Assembly (NCBI GenBank): GCA_905178155.1
Contig: CAJINV010000005.1
Span: forward strand, 6,560,625-6,589,927
Source of the DNA: Amoebophrya sp. A120
Lineage: Eukaryota; Protista; Dinoflagellata
Direction: 5' to 3'
Length of the DNA stretch: 29,303 nucleotides
In this document: piece by piece, positions 1 to 10,836 of the stretch
Position numbering within the stretch: the stretch's first letter is position 1
Layout of the letters: every line of letters begins with the position of its first letter
Position numbers and translations under genes: made by a program
Notes under the pieces: model-generated
Databases searched by the model: none
Seen by the model: the letters and a program-made list of their open reading frames with translations, nothing else
What the model was told of the DNA's origin: nothing

Positions 1-6
1 CCAAAA

Positions 7-474
7 CCTTCTGAAGGTGTGCTGCTTTTACTTTTTTGATTTTTGTCAAAGTGCGACAATTTTGAAAAAACCTTCAGAAGATTTTGAGTCTTCTGAAGGT
101 GTTTTTGGTTTTCCTGATTTTTGGCCATTTTTTACGAGAAAAAAAGCGGCAGTCTTCTGAAGGTTTGCGACATTGCTATATCGCGCAGACCTTCAGAAGA
201 CTGCCTACCTTCTGAAGGTTTAACAAAGTCGTTTTTTAGTCTTCTGAAGCTTTTTTTGTCAAAAAATCGAAAAAATTCTTCAGAAGGTGAAAAAAAACCT
301 TCAGAAGGTTGAACCTTCTGAAGGTTGCCCACAAAGGCCTCCGTTTCCGTTTTCGCGAGCTAGCTCTGCGCTTTTTACAATGAAAAATAGCCGGCCAGTT
401 TTTTTGACCTTCTGAAGGTTGAAAATCGAGTTTTTAGCTTCAGAAGCTCTTCAGAAGGTCAGACCTTCAGAAGC
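7..474. repeat. Array of about 14 palindromic CTTCWGAAG motifs; possible subterminal region of a DNA transposon continuing left of the window
   Basis: Motif seen near 8, 72, 90, 154, 191, 209, 241, 278, 299, 315, 409, 438, 448 and 465 with irregular spacing; not noticed elsewhere in the window. Confidence 0.75.
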
Positions 475-616
475 TTTGGGAGGAAGAAATACATATCTTG
501 CCCTTATAGTATATAGATTAAGTCATTATGCAAGCTGCATATTTTATACCACAAGCATTTGTACACGTATTTATGCATGCATGATTTGTGCGAGTTGAAA
601 ACCGAAATTATCACGG

Positions 617-3600
617 ATGGTCGATGAAATGGAAACTGTTGTTGAAGCTGAAGTAGTTGTAACTGGTCGTAGTTTTCTTCAGTATACGACGTTTGCCCCG
701 GTCGACAAGCAGGACGTAGTCCCTTCCGCGAGGATCCACGAGCAAAATGTGTCGCGTTGTGGACCTCAACATGCACTGCAGAGAGATCCTCTTGTTCCTG
801 TGATCAGTTTTTGGAGAGTTGTTTGCATGCACGACGACCCTCTTCGGCTTTCTGGACATGCACATGGGGCACTTTTCACTTTCATATGCGGTGGGAGAAA
901 CTTTCTCGGCGTGGGGGCGGTGGCTACCACGCGGCTGCAGCAGAAAACATCAGAGCGCGCCTGTGACCAGGAAGATAGTGCTGGCGTGGTAGTTGAGAAG
1001 GAGGATGTCGACGATTGTACATGCAAACCTGGGTACTCGAGAAATATAACTACCGTCGATGGTAGTTGGCAGTGGAACCCTAGCGAAGCGAGGGACGTTA
1101 ACCCCCCTACTCCCTGTAAAGCGGAGTCATGCGACCTGTCTTGTCCGACGGAGCCTGCGAGGATAAACTGCGAATCGTCCGAGGTCGCCGGGAAGGGCGG
1201 GATCTTTATGTCGAGCGATTTCAACGCTCACTCTCGGTGTCTACCCGAGCTAGACCTGCGAGGTATAACAGTCAGCGAGAACACTCTGCCAGCGAAGATT
1301 CTTGAATGGACGAAAGATCGCACGGAAACCGTCGGCGACACATCGGATGTTTACGAGAACCCGCCTTTTTCTCAAAGCGCCGGAAACTCAAATGGTAGGA
1401 GCATCCAGGAGGAGAAGTGTAAAAACCATTGTGCTGGCCATAACGGTGCTGGGGAGGATCCCTCTTGCCTCGGGTTTCTGTTGTGGAGGGCGAAGAAGGG
1501 GCCGGAGTGGACGACCGTGGATGCGTTACAAGGGGATTCAAATATGAACTGCAAATATATCTGGGTTTGGGAAGCTGTCGTGAATGTTTGTCATGCAGCT
1601 TTTCCATGCTTGATGAGGTCTGGAATGCTGTTGAACATAGCATCGCAGATTCTGGCGCACCAAGGTGGTCTATACCACGGTGCCTCTTCTGCATGAGATA
1701 TGTCGTCTCAACTTGATCAGAAATGAATAACTTTTGGCACCAGTCTTCTTACAATACAGAGTTTTGTGTGAGCGCGCCATTCCCAGGCCGCATCCATCAC
1801 TTCGAGGCCCGCCAGACATATTTGCAATGCATAGACGACACCGCGAGCAAGATGAAATGGCGGTGCAGATACTTCGACAAGGAAAGCGCTCCGAACGCCC
1901 TGGACACCTTGAAAGTGGTTCCCCTTGGCCTACCTCTTCGAGGTAGACTGGGGGGGGGAGTCAACAAGTGGTGCCCCTGTGTCATGTGTGCCGACAACCA
2001 GCTCTGGGACCAAAACTCGGGTCAGTGCACAGTATGCATTGCAAAAATGTCTGGGTCTGGAAACTTGTGATGCTGGGCGGCGTATCATGAGGAGGCCACA
2101 AGTGCTGGCTCAGCATGACAAGCTTCTGAGGTTCCAGGTGTTGCCTATTCTGCATGACAAACTGCGTTGCTGCATGACAGAAAAGTGGCGCTCTTGGGTA
2201 ACGTGCGTGACAGATTTGAGAGTCATGCCAGACAAGCATGACAAACATGCACTCTTCCAGACCCAGACATTTTTACATTTGATACACAGACTGCCCTAGC
2301 AATGCGTTTGCCAACGCCGGCAGAACTGCGTGTGTGTGCGACGGGAACAACGGCTACGCAGGGGACCTCACAGACCCGGCAGGAACAGGATCCTGCTCCC
2401 TTTGCAGTGAAGGGGTCTCGAACCAGGTTCCCAACGCGGCACACACGGCGTGTATCTGCAACTCGGCCAACGGTTACGCCGGTAACCTTGGCGCGGGAGG
2501 CACCTGCGCTCTTTGCTCAGCCGAAGGCCTGAACAAGGTTCCGAACGAAGCTGGCGATGCGTGTGTCTGTCCGGACTCGCTCCCGCACCTGAACAGCACA
2601 GACAACAGCTGTGTTTCATGTGGCGCAAACCAGCACTGGAACGAGACAGCAAACCAATGCGAAGACTGCCCTACCGGCGCGGTGGGCAACGCTGAAGGAA
2701 CTGAGTGTGTGTGTGACTCGGCCAGCGGGTATGCTGCCGATGCGGACAATAATTGTCAGTGCGATGGTGATGCCGGCTACGTCGCCGTTGCAGGTGAGAG
2801 CGCGTGCCAGTGCGATTCGGCTCGGGGCCTGGTGGAAGGGTCGGACAGCGGAACTTGTGTGTGCAACGCGGGACTCGGGTACGCCGGGCTTAGCGTGGAC
2901 GCATGCAACCTTTGCTCAGTTGTTAATCCGCAGTTGGTTGCGAACGACGCTGGCACAGGGTGTGTGTGCAACGCGGAACTCGGGTATCGCGTCGATGGGA
3001 ATGATAATGATTGTGAGTGCGATGCCGCCGGCGGCTGGCACCTCAATACCACGAGCGACAGCTGCGTCAGCTGTGAGGCAACTCAGTTCTGGAATGCTAC
3101 TGCAAACCTGTGCGTCGCTTGCGGGGCGAACGAAGTGGCCAACGCCACGGGTACCGGTTGTGTCTGCGACGCGGAGGGCGGTTACGAAGAGGGCTGCGTT
3201 GACGACGAATGCTTGGAGACGGCGTGTTTTGAAAGCTGCGACCTCACGTGCCCGACCGAAGACAGGGAGATCAACTGTCGGTCGGCCGCAATCGTTACTA
3301 TTGGAAAGGCGGGCCTGTACCAGAGGAGCGCGGAAGGACTGGAATCGATTTGTGCGCCTAAGCTTCTGGATACTGATGGGGATGGGGCTGATGATTTTGA
3401 CAACCACGAAGCCGCAGTTACGAATACCACAGTTCCCCAGCCGGATTGGGCGGCCAACGACACCGCCGGATCATCGTATGCCGACGGCCATGCGCAGGTT
3501 TGTGAATCCGCATGCGATGGCAAACGCGATCCGGACGACCGTATGGGTGCCTCAGATGTTACAAGCTCAGCCGTCACGACAAGAGAGTTGGGATTTTGTT

Positions 3601-6600
3601 TGGCATTTTGGGCAGCATGAGAAGCATACAGCGCCTTGCGCCTTTCGCAAAAATTCTCAGAGCCCGCGCCCTCGAACTTGTCACGCGCATCAAGTAGAAT
3701 TCTGTAGTGGGGGTAGACTGGAATGATCCAGTGGATCATGCAGTTTTTGCCTCACAGATTTCGATATTCTGTTCGTAGCTTTTGAGAATGTAACATTTGA
3801 GCAGTTTATAGGTCAGGACGGCGATTTGTGCGGCGGCTTCCTCCTGCTGGGTCTGGCTGGAAATGATTGGAAGTGCCGTTTTTTCAACCGCACCGTGCCT
3901 GCGTTGGAGCGAGCATCCTTCTATCACGAGGAAAACGAAGTCTCCCCTCGTCCCTATAGTGAAGTCAGAGATATATGTATTGCTATTGCTATTACAGGAC
4001 TTCTCATCGTCTCGCGCGGCAACGGCAACACCAAGTTGTAGCTGCTTTGCATTGTATTTGACTACAGCACCAGCAGATCATGAAACGTCTGCCCGGTCGA
4101 GCAGCTAACACATGCACAACCCAGTTTAGGATCAGAATCAGCCTCGAGCACGTTGCTGCGTTATGTACTACAGGGATCCGGCACAGTGACCGCAGTTGTA
4201 GATAGATACTTTACCCCTTTGCGTTGTAAGCAAAAAATGGGTCGTCCCAGGGAAGGCTTTTTCCAATCTGATAGACGTGCCGCAGGAGGATCATCACCCA
4301 CAATCAGAGGTGCCGCGAAGTGGTGCCCCTGCACCACGTGTAATCAGACCACCGAGATCTGGAACGAGACAGCGCAGGCTTGCCAGGGTTGTGCCGTGAA
4401 CAAGACGTCGAACGTATTACGATGAAAAATGCCCCCTCCCCATATCAAAACGGAAATCTGTGATGCAAATTTGGGGCCACAAATCAGCTTTGTGATGCTA
4501 GAAGGCAAAAGATGCGGACTGTAGTGCTGCCTAGCGTGGGAAAGCCTTGCAGCTCCAGGATGACAGGAGGCAACTGGAAGTGGGAAACAGCATGACAGAT
4601 TGCCTGCAATTTAGCCCGCAGCGTCGTCTCTTCGACTTCTAGCAATACAAGTCGATTTGTGTACTCAGATACAGCATCACAAATTCGCGCATCTTCCGTT
4701 TTCGATATGGGGTGGAGGCTTTTTTCACTTTGATAGAACGAGGCGGGGGACGCGTGCGCGTGCGACACGGAAAATGGGTACATCGACGACGGGGCCGGTG
4801 CGTGCCTGCTCTGCACGGGCAACAAAGAGCCGGACTCCAACGGGACTGCGTGCGGCTGCAACGCCAGCGCCGGGTGGCACCTGAATACAACGAGTGACGC
4901 GTGCGTGCAGTGCACGGAGGAAGCTGCGCCGCACTGGAACAGCACGGGCGAAGTGTGTGTGGGGTGCGCCACAAACCAGTCCTGGGACGCCACATCCAAT
5001 GCGTGTGTCGACTGCGACGCAAACAAGGTGGGCGACGCGCGCGGCACCGCCTGCGTGTGCGACGCCGCCCGCTGGCTCGTCGACGATGGGAAGGGCGGCT
5101 GCCGGCTCGAGGATTGCGAGCTGGACGTGAGGACCTGCCCCGCGGACCCGGCGGCAATCAACTGCGCGGCAGACGCATTCACCAGCTCGCGCGGCCGCTA
5201 CGTGCAGAGCGCCCTCGGCGGTCAGTCCCGGTGCGCGCCGGGCAACACTTCGGACGCCCTCCTGGCGGCGGTGGTGGGCGATGGCGTTTGGGAATATCAA
5301 ATGTAAAAATGTCTGGGTCTGGAAGAATGCAAGTCTGTCATGCTTGTCTGGCATGACTCTTAAATCTGTCATGCACATTACCAAAGAGCCTCACTTTTCT
5401 GTCATGCAGAAACGTAGTTTGTCATGCAGAATAAGCAACACCTAGAAGCTCAGAAACTTGTCATGCTGAGCCAGCAATTGTCGCCTCCTCATGATACGCC
5501 ACACAGCATCACAAGTTTCCAGACCCAGACATTTTTACATTGGATAGGGAACCGGATGACCCAACGAATGAAACCATCGGGATTCAGGAGCCACGGTGCG
5601 CTCAGCAATGCGACCGCCACCGCGCGACCTCCACCGCGGACGACTGTGTGGGGTATCTGCTCTGGAATGCGAACAATGGCTCGGTAGAAGACGCCGCCGA
5701 CGAGTGGGGCTGCAAGTACTTCAACCAAACCGTGCCCGCCCTGATGCACATATCAAATGTGAGAATGTCTCGGTCTGGAAGATTGCCGGGTTTGTCATGC
5801 ACATTTTGCATGACTCCTCAAGTCTGTGACGCATGCCCTAGCATCACAGATTTTTAGAGGGCTTCCTGATGCCTATTCCGCATGACAAATGCTCTTTCCG
5901 TGGTGCAAAATTTGGACTCTCTTTGCTGCTCATGCAATACAGATTTTTTTAGAATCCAAAATCAGCATGACAAGTTCGATTCTTCCAGACCCAGACATTT
6001 TTACAGTTGATAGCACATTGCTTGGAACGAAACTTTCGGGGATATCGAAAAGAAAAATCCCCCCTTCCCATATCGAAAGGCACGCCTCAGAGAATTTGTG
6101 ATGCTGATTTGTGGCCACAAATCGTTTCTGTCTTGCAAGAAAGCAGCGGCATACTCTCCGCCCCATTATGCAGGCGGTTTGTAATGCTGTCGGGCCTACA
6201 GCATAGACGTCCACCCACATGCCAAGTGCCTAGACCACCTCGGTGCATTGGCGTGATTATATGGGCCTGCAGTTCTCTACCGCAAGACAAGCCCGGTTTG
6301 TGTAAGTACGCAAGTCCAGCGTCAAAAGTTTGCTTTTGATGTGGGGAGGGGGGATTTTTCATTTTGATACGGGACCGCGTGGGGTTCGCCTCAAAGTGGT
6401 GTCCCTGCACCGAATGTCCGATATGAGAGTGCGCAACTCGTCGTCCCCGGTGTTTTCATTTCGCATGCAAAATCGCAATTTCAGATGTAGTTCGCTTTCT
6501 TCACTACTATGCATGACAAATTCCAGCAGAAGCCCAAACATTGCGACTTTCGGCATGTGAACTTGTCATGCACAACACCAGGTTCCAGTTCCACATGTTC

Positions 6601-8411
6601 ATGTGCTGGCATTTGTCAACAAATGAGGTGGAGGGGTGGGGTTGTGCACTCTCATACCCAACCACTACCGTGTACGATGCCGCTTCGGAGCGCTGTGTGT
6701 GTGATTTGTCGGCCGGCTACGCGGGGTCAGACTACAACTCCTGTAGTTTGTGCGCCGACTCGGAAATGGTCCCGAACGACGCGGGCGATGAGTGCGTCGC
6801 GTGCGATTCCAACCAGAACCAGCACTTCGACAGCTCGAAGAAACTACAGTGTACCACGTGTTTACCGGGACAACATTGGAACCCGCAGGAAAACACCTGC
6901 GTGACCTGTGCGGCCCCGAAGCCGGTCTGGAACAGCACGGGCTACGAATGCGTGGGCTGCGCTGCGGACCAGTTCTGGGACGCGGGTGCGAACGCTTGCG
7001 CCATATCAAATGCAAAAATGTCTGGGTCTGGAAACTTGTGATGCTAAAATGTGCATGATGGAAACGCTTCCGAATGCAGACCAGCATGACAACTGTCCGG
7101 AGCACTTTCTCATAGGCAGCCCGCATGAGAAACTGCGTCTTTGCATGACAAAAATGGCTGCGGCTTTTGTCGGTTATGCAATACAGATTTCCCAGGAATG
7201 TAAAGCTAGCATTACAAGTTACAACCTTCCAGACCCAGACATATTTGCATTTGATACGCCACGTGCCCGGAGAACTTCGAGTACAACGCGACACAACAAG
7301 TTATGGGGTTCTCAAACGTTCAGATTCTCAATTGTATACATGAATTCGTCATGCAAAATCGTCATGAGTATCTACATGATAATGATCAACAAGCTGCTCC
7401 TTCGCATGACAAGTTCTCGACGCTCCAGATAGCATTTAAGAATCTGCCGCCCCAATAAACCTGTAATGCCAGAAGCGCAATCTTCGCCCTTTCACTTTTG
7501 CCAGTCTTGCACCACAAATTCACGCAACAGTTGAGAGTGTAACACGTTTGAGAACTCCATACAAGCTTGCGTGGAGTCCACCTCCGGGCAGAACGCCACT
7601 TCCACCACGACGACCACGACGGACACCGTTGCGGTGGTCCCCACCACCACGACACCGAGCCCCGTAGAGGACACTCTGTGCAATCCCGCCGACCCAAACG
7701 AGAAGCTGTGCGGCCCCGGGGGGTATCAAATGAAAATATGTCTGGATCTGGATGAGTGCAACTTTGTCATGCACGTTTTGCATGAGCCATAATGTCTGTG
7801 ATGTATGCCCTAGCATCACAGATTTTTAGCAGGTTTCCTGATGCCTCTTCCGCGTGACAAATGCCCTCCCCACGTAGCACAAACTGGGCTCCTCCTCTTG
7901 CTGGTCATGGTGCAATACAGATTTTTTTAGAATCCAAAGGTAGCATCACAAGCTCCAACTTTCCAGACCCAGACATATTTGCAATGCATAGGGGGTGCTT
8001 CCTGGAGGTCGGGGGCGAACCGATGAGCCAGGCCATATCCTGAGTAAAAACATCCCCACACCAGAGTCAAGATGAGGATTTTGCAACACAAACCTAGAAC
8101 TTTTGGGGGTCACGCATCACAACTTGCAGTCCGTATTGTAGTGCAGGTTCGCAAGGCCAGCTGCATCAGAAATCCATCTGCTCATCCTGTATACAGCATT
8201 ACAAATTCCAAAACACGACTAAAAATGCCTCTCCTGGCGATGCGCATTACAAATGTTCCTGTCATTGCAAATCTGCATGACAACTCTGGTGTGGGGACGT
8301 TTTTACTCAGGATAGGCCACCGGCGGGGAGCAGGAAAGCAGTAGGGTTCAGAAAATTCATTCCCCCCTCCGCAAACTGCAAAGCAGAAAGTTTTTTCCTT
8401 CCGTGAAGTAG
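617..8411 (+). CDS. Large Cys-rich secreted/surface protein with three PAN/Apple-like modules and CxC/CxxC repeats (about 1380 aa, 14 exons)
   Basis: Inferred exons: 617-1541, 1835-2031, 2286-3540, 3812-3920, 4275-4413, 4737-5293, 5548-5749, 6014-6041, 6371-6420, 6658-7002, 7258-7300, 7563-7722, 7992-8034, 8316-8411. Joined length is 4149 nt with an open frame. The module CDLTCP..INC...CxxxC...CxGF...WxCxFF...KWCPC occurs three times, and there is a Thr-rich stretch near the C-terminus. Start is uncertain (ATG 617 or 827). Confidence 0.8.
1543..1833. mobile_element. TIR introner, family A (degenerate); intron 1542-1834 AT-AG
   Basis: Ends tatgaactgcaaatatatctgg ... ccagacatatttgcaatgcata; TSD eroded; removal restores frame (GDSN-DTASKMKWRC). 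Confidence 0.8.
2033..2284. mobile_element. TIR introner, family A; intron 2032-2285 GT-AC
   Basis: TIR core aaaaatgtctgggtctggaa / ttccagacccagacattttt; perfect TSD CACAG; inverted relative of 5295-5546. Confidence 0.9.
3542..3810. mobile_element. TIR introner, family E (degenerate); intron 3541-3811 GT-AG
   Basis: Ends tatgggtgcctcagatgttaca ... tgtaacatttgagcagtttata; frame restored into CGGFLL. Confidence 0.8.
3922..4273. mobile_element. TIR introner, degenerate family B-like; intron 3921-4274 CT-AG
   Basis: Ends tatcacgaggaaaac ... tttttccaatctgata; frame restored (ERASL-RAAGG...KWCPC). Confidence 0.65.
4415..4735. mobile_element. TIR introner, family B; intron 4414-4736 GT-AG
   Basis: TIR aaaaatgccccctccccatatcaaaacgg / ccgttttcgatatggggtggaggctttttt; perfect TSD GAACG. 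Confidence 0.9.
5295..5546. mobile_element. TIR introner, family A; intron 5294-5547 AT-AG
   Basis: Family A TIRs; perfect TSD GGGAA. Confidence 0.9.
5751..6012. mobile_element. TIR introner, family A; intron 5750-6013 AT-AG
   Basis: Family A TIRs; perfect TSD GCACA. Confidence 0.9.
6043..6369. mobile_element. TIR introner, family B; intron 6042-6370 AT-AC
   Basis: Family B TIRs; internal palindrome gatttgtggccacaaatc; TSD GGGGA/CGGGA. Confidence 0.9.
6422..6656. mobile_element. TIR introner, singleton family F; intron 6421-6657 AT-AC
   Basis: Ends tatgagagtgcgcaac ... gttgtgcactctcata (15/16 match); TSD TCCGA/CCCAA. Confidence 0.85.
7004..7256. mobile_element. TIR introner, family A; intron 7003-7257 AT-AC
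   Basis: Family A TIRs; perfect TSD CGCCA. Confidence 0.9.
7302..7561. mobile_element. TIR introner, family E-like; intron 7301-7562 TT-AC
   Basis: Ends tatggggttctcaaacgt ... acgtttgagaactccata (17/18 match); TSD CAAGT/CAAGC. Confidence 0.85.
7724..7990. mobile_element. TIR introner, family A; intron 7723-7991 GT-AG
   Basis: Family A TIRs; TSD GGGGG. Confidence 0.9.
8036..8314. mobile_element. TIR introner, family C; intron 8035-8315 AT-AG
   Basis: Ends tatcctgagtaaaaacatccccacaccagagt ... actctggtgtggggacgtttttactcaggata; perfect TSD GGCCA; inverted sibling at 23878-24156 (both 279 bp). Confidence 0.92.
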
Positions 8412-10836
8412 TGGATGCCGATTTGTATAATTATCAGCTTTGTAGTCGTCCCCTAGCGTACAGCGGAATAAAAGGAAGCCATGTTCTTGTGCTGGTCCTC
8501 GTGCAAGCGCAGTCTGCAGCCATTCTGTACTAGCCACGCATTTTGTGTGCACTACACGTGGTCGAAAATAAAGTTAAAGATATCTGTCATGTTGTTCAAT
8601 CGCTAGCCCGCTGAAGAATTACCGAGAAGACGGGCTTGGAAAGATAGTTTTCAAATAGTTATATGTACTGCCTGGTCTTGTTATTGTTTTGTTGAAATGA
8701 TCGGAAGGGGGGAATTATTTTTCCTTGTGATAGACAGCCAGAGCCAGGGCCTTATGGACACGACGGATGTGGACACGGGGTTTCTGATGCTGTGAGCTGC
8801 AGGGGCAGTGTGAAGGATGAGGCCTCATCAAAATGTTTCGGCGGCGCACAAAAGGAAGTAAAAATTCGTTACTGAGAATAAAATGTAAATGAAAATTGGA
8901 ATTCTCTACTTCATACCGAAGTTTAGAAGGTTGACGTGGAAAAACCCAAAACTCCTTGAAGTTGGAACAATTACACAAGTTCTTCCCGAAAGGGGTGATT
9001 CTTCGATCTCTTTACTTCTTTTTTTTTTTTTTTTTTTGTTTCGAAGCTTTATCAATCTATCATCAAGAAGACGCAGTGCATTCTTCTTGCTGCAGATGCA
9101 AATCGACCGCTGCTCGATCTACCTTTTAAATGTTTCTTTTTTTCCACAATTTTTCATAAACGCGAAGATTTTTCATTATTATGCAGAATTGATTTTTCAC
9201 AAGGTTTCGCACGCACATTTTTCAGGCACAATTTTTCACATTAACATGCAAATTAGAAGTTTGTTTCACATAGTACACTACAGTTTATTCACACGACCAC
9301 GACACCAATCCTTCCGCTAAATTTGCATTTTGACACTTCAGCTACTTTCAGTTTTATTTCACACTCGTTTTATAAGGTTTTTATTTTTTCGCTCATGATT
9401 TCTCAGGTTTCTAGTACTGCCGTGAGGATCCCAATCTGCGAGAACAAAGCGCCCCGCTTTGTGAAGGACGTACAAAGTACTAGACCCCCACGGTTTTTTT
9501 TCAAAAATCAAATCCCCACCGATATATTTATACGATTTGAATGTCGATGTCCCCAGCAGGAACACCCTAGAAATGAATAGAAAAAATAGCCCTCTCCAGA
9601 TCGATAGGACCCCGTGCAAGGACTACACAGCCACCCCTGCGTCCGCGTACTCCTGTGGAAGTTTTTTAGTCGTATTTTTGCGAGAAGAACGAGGGAGATC
9701 ATCAAGGTGGGATTACAAAGAAAAGTGTCCAGCCTCAAACCAGAGCGGCAATCGGAAAGAACAAGCCTCGGAACAGAAGTTGTGTTGTCCGCGGGCGTGT
9801 GGAAGAAGATTCAACTGAGATTCTGTTATCCGTAGCTACAAGCTTGTTCCTCTCTGCAACCGGAGGTTGAACTTGCAAAAAACTATAAAAGTCTTCCAGA
9901 CTGATGTGATGTGGAAAGGATTTTCTTCCCCTCATTATCCCCCCACTAAAACGACGCGTTTTGTCTATCAATATGAAGCTGCTGCAAGAACTAAGAGTAG
10001 GACCTTGCTCCCGCGGGTTTTGCTGGTAGGTGAAGGTGAGAATCTTCTGCGAAAAATCTGACGTAGTTCACGCGACGTCGCTGTTCAACAAAAAAAGGCT
10101 CTTACGAACACAAACGCCAGTATAGTCGTCCATAATTTGATTTTGAACAATGTCTCTTGTCGTGAATCGTACACGTGATGGCTTTCGATTAGGAAATTTT
10201 TTTGGGATATTGAGCAATTGCCGCAAAAAATTCATTTCGCACACGGCAAAACACAAGTGTCCTGTGCCGCTCGCGTTGTCGAAAGTATTCATCCAGCCCT
10301 GGCGGACACTAGCCGGCATGGCCATTGCAACCGTGTTGCATGAAGTTTTTTATGAGCGTACGTAGATGCCGTAGATCTATTTTCAAATGATCGTGCAGCA
10401 GAATGAATCTGACGTCGTGCAAAAGAATGCCTTGAACTCTGTCTCGTGCTCCTGGGAAAAAGAACTATACAGATTCGTACGGCATTTCGTCCGATTATTC
10501 AAGACATCCAAAAAAACAAAAAGACCTCGTCGCCGTACAACAAACCGGTTTTTGTCATTTTTCCTTCCCATCGTAGTTTTTGTTTGGTTTCGTTCGCTCG
10601 TCCCGTTTTCTTTCGCCTGCGAAAATTCAAATGCATCTTTATCATCTTCCGAATCGCGCCCAACAGGAGGACCATCCGCATGGACCTTTCTTTTCGTAGT
10701 TGAACTCGTTCCCGAGAAAAACCCTACTATCAAACACTGAAGGTCGTGAAGACGAGACCACGGACTTCATTCTTTTAAAGACACATCTACCCTGGTAGAG
10801 CCTTTTTTTTTCATCTACCCTGGTACAGAAACCACC

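Noticed and set aside
2611-3726. 371-aa alternative-frame ORF and antisense ORFs overlapping the Cys-rich exons
   Set aside because: Shadow ORFs of GC-rich coding sequence; the Cys-patterned frame is the one continuous across junctions.
6042-7257. AT-AC junctions as U12-type minor introns
   Set aside because: The terminal bases come from the target site and vary freely among sibling elements, and most copies lack the U12 ATATCCTT donor consensus.
8420-10800. Short ORFs in the AT-rich spacer
   Set aside because: Low-complexity poly-T/A tracts with no recognisable protein features.
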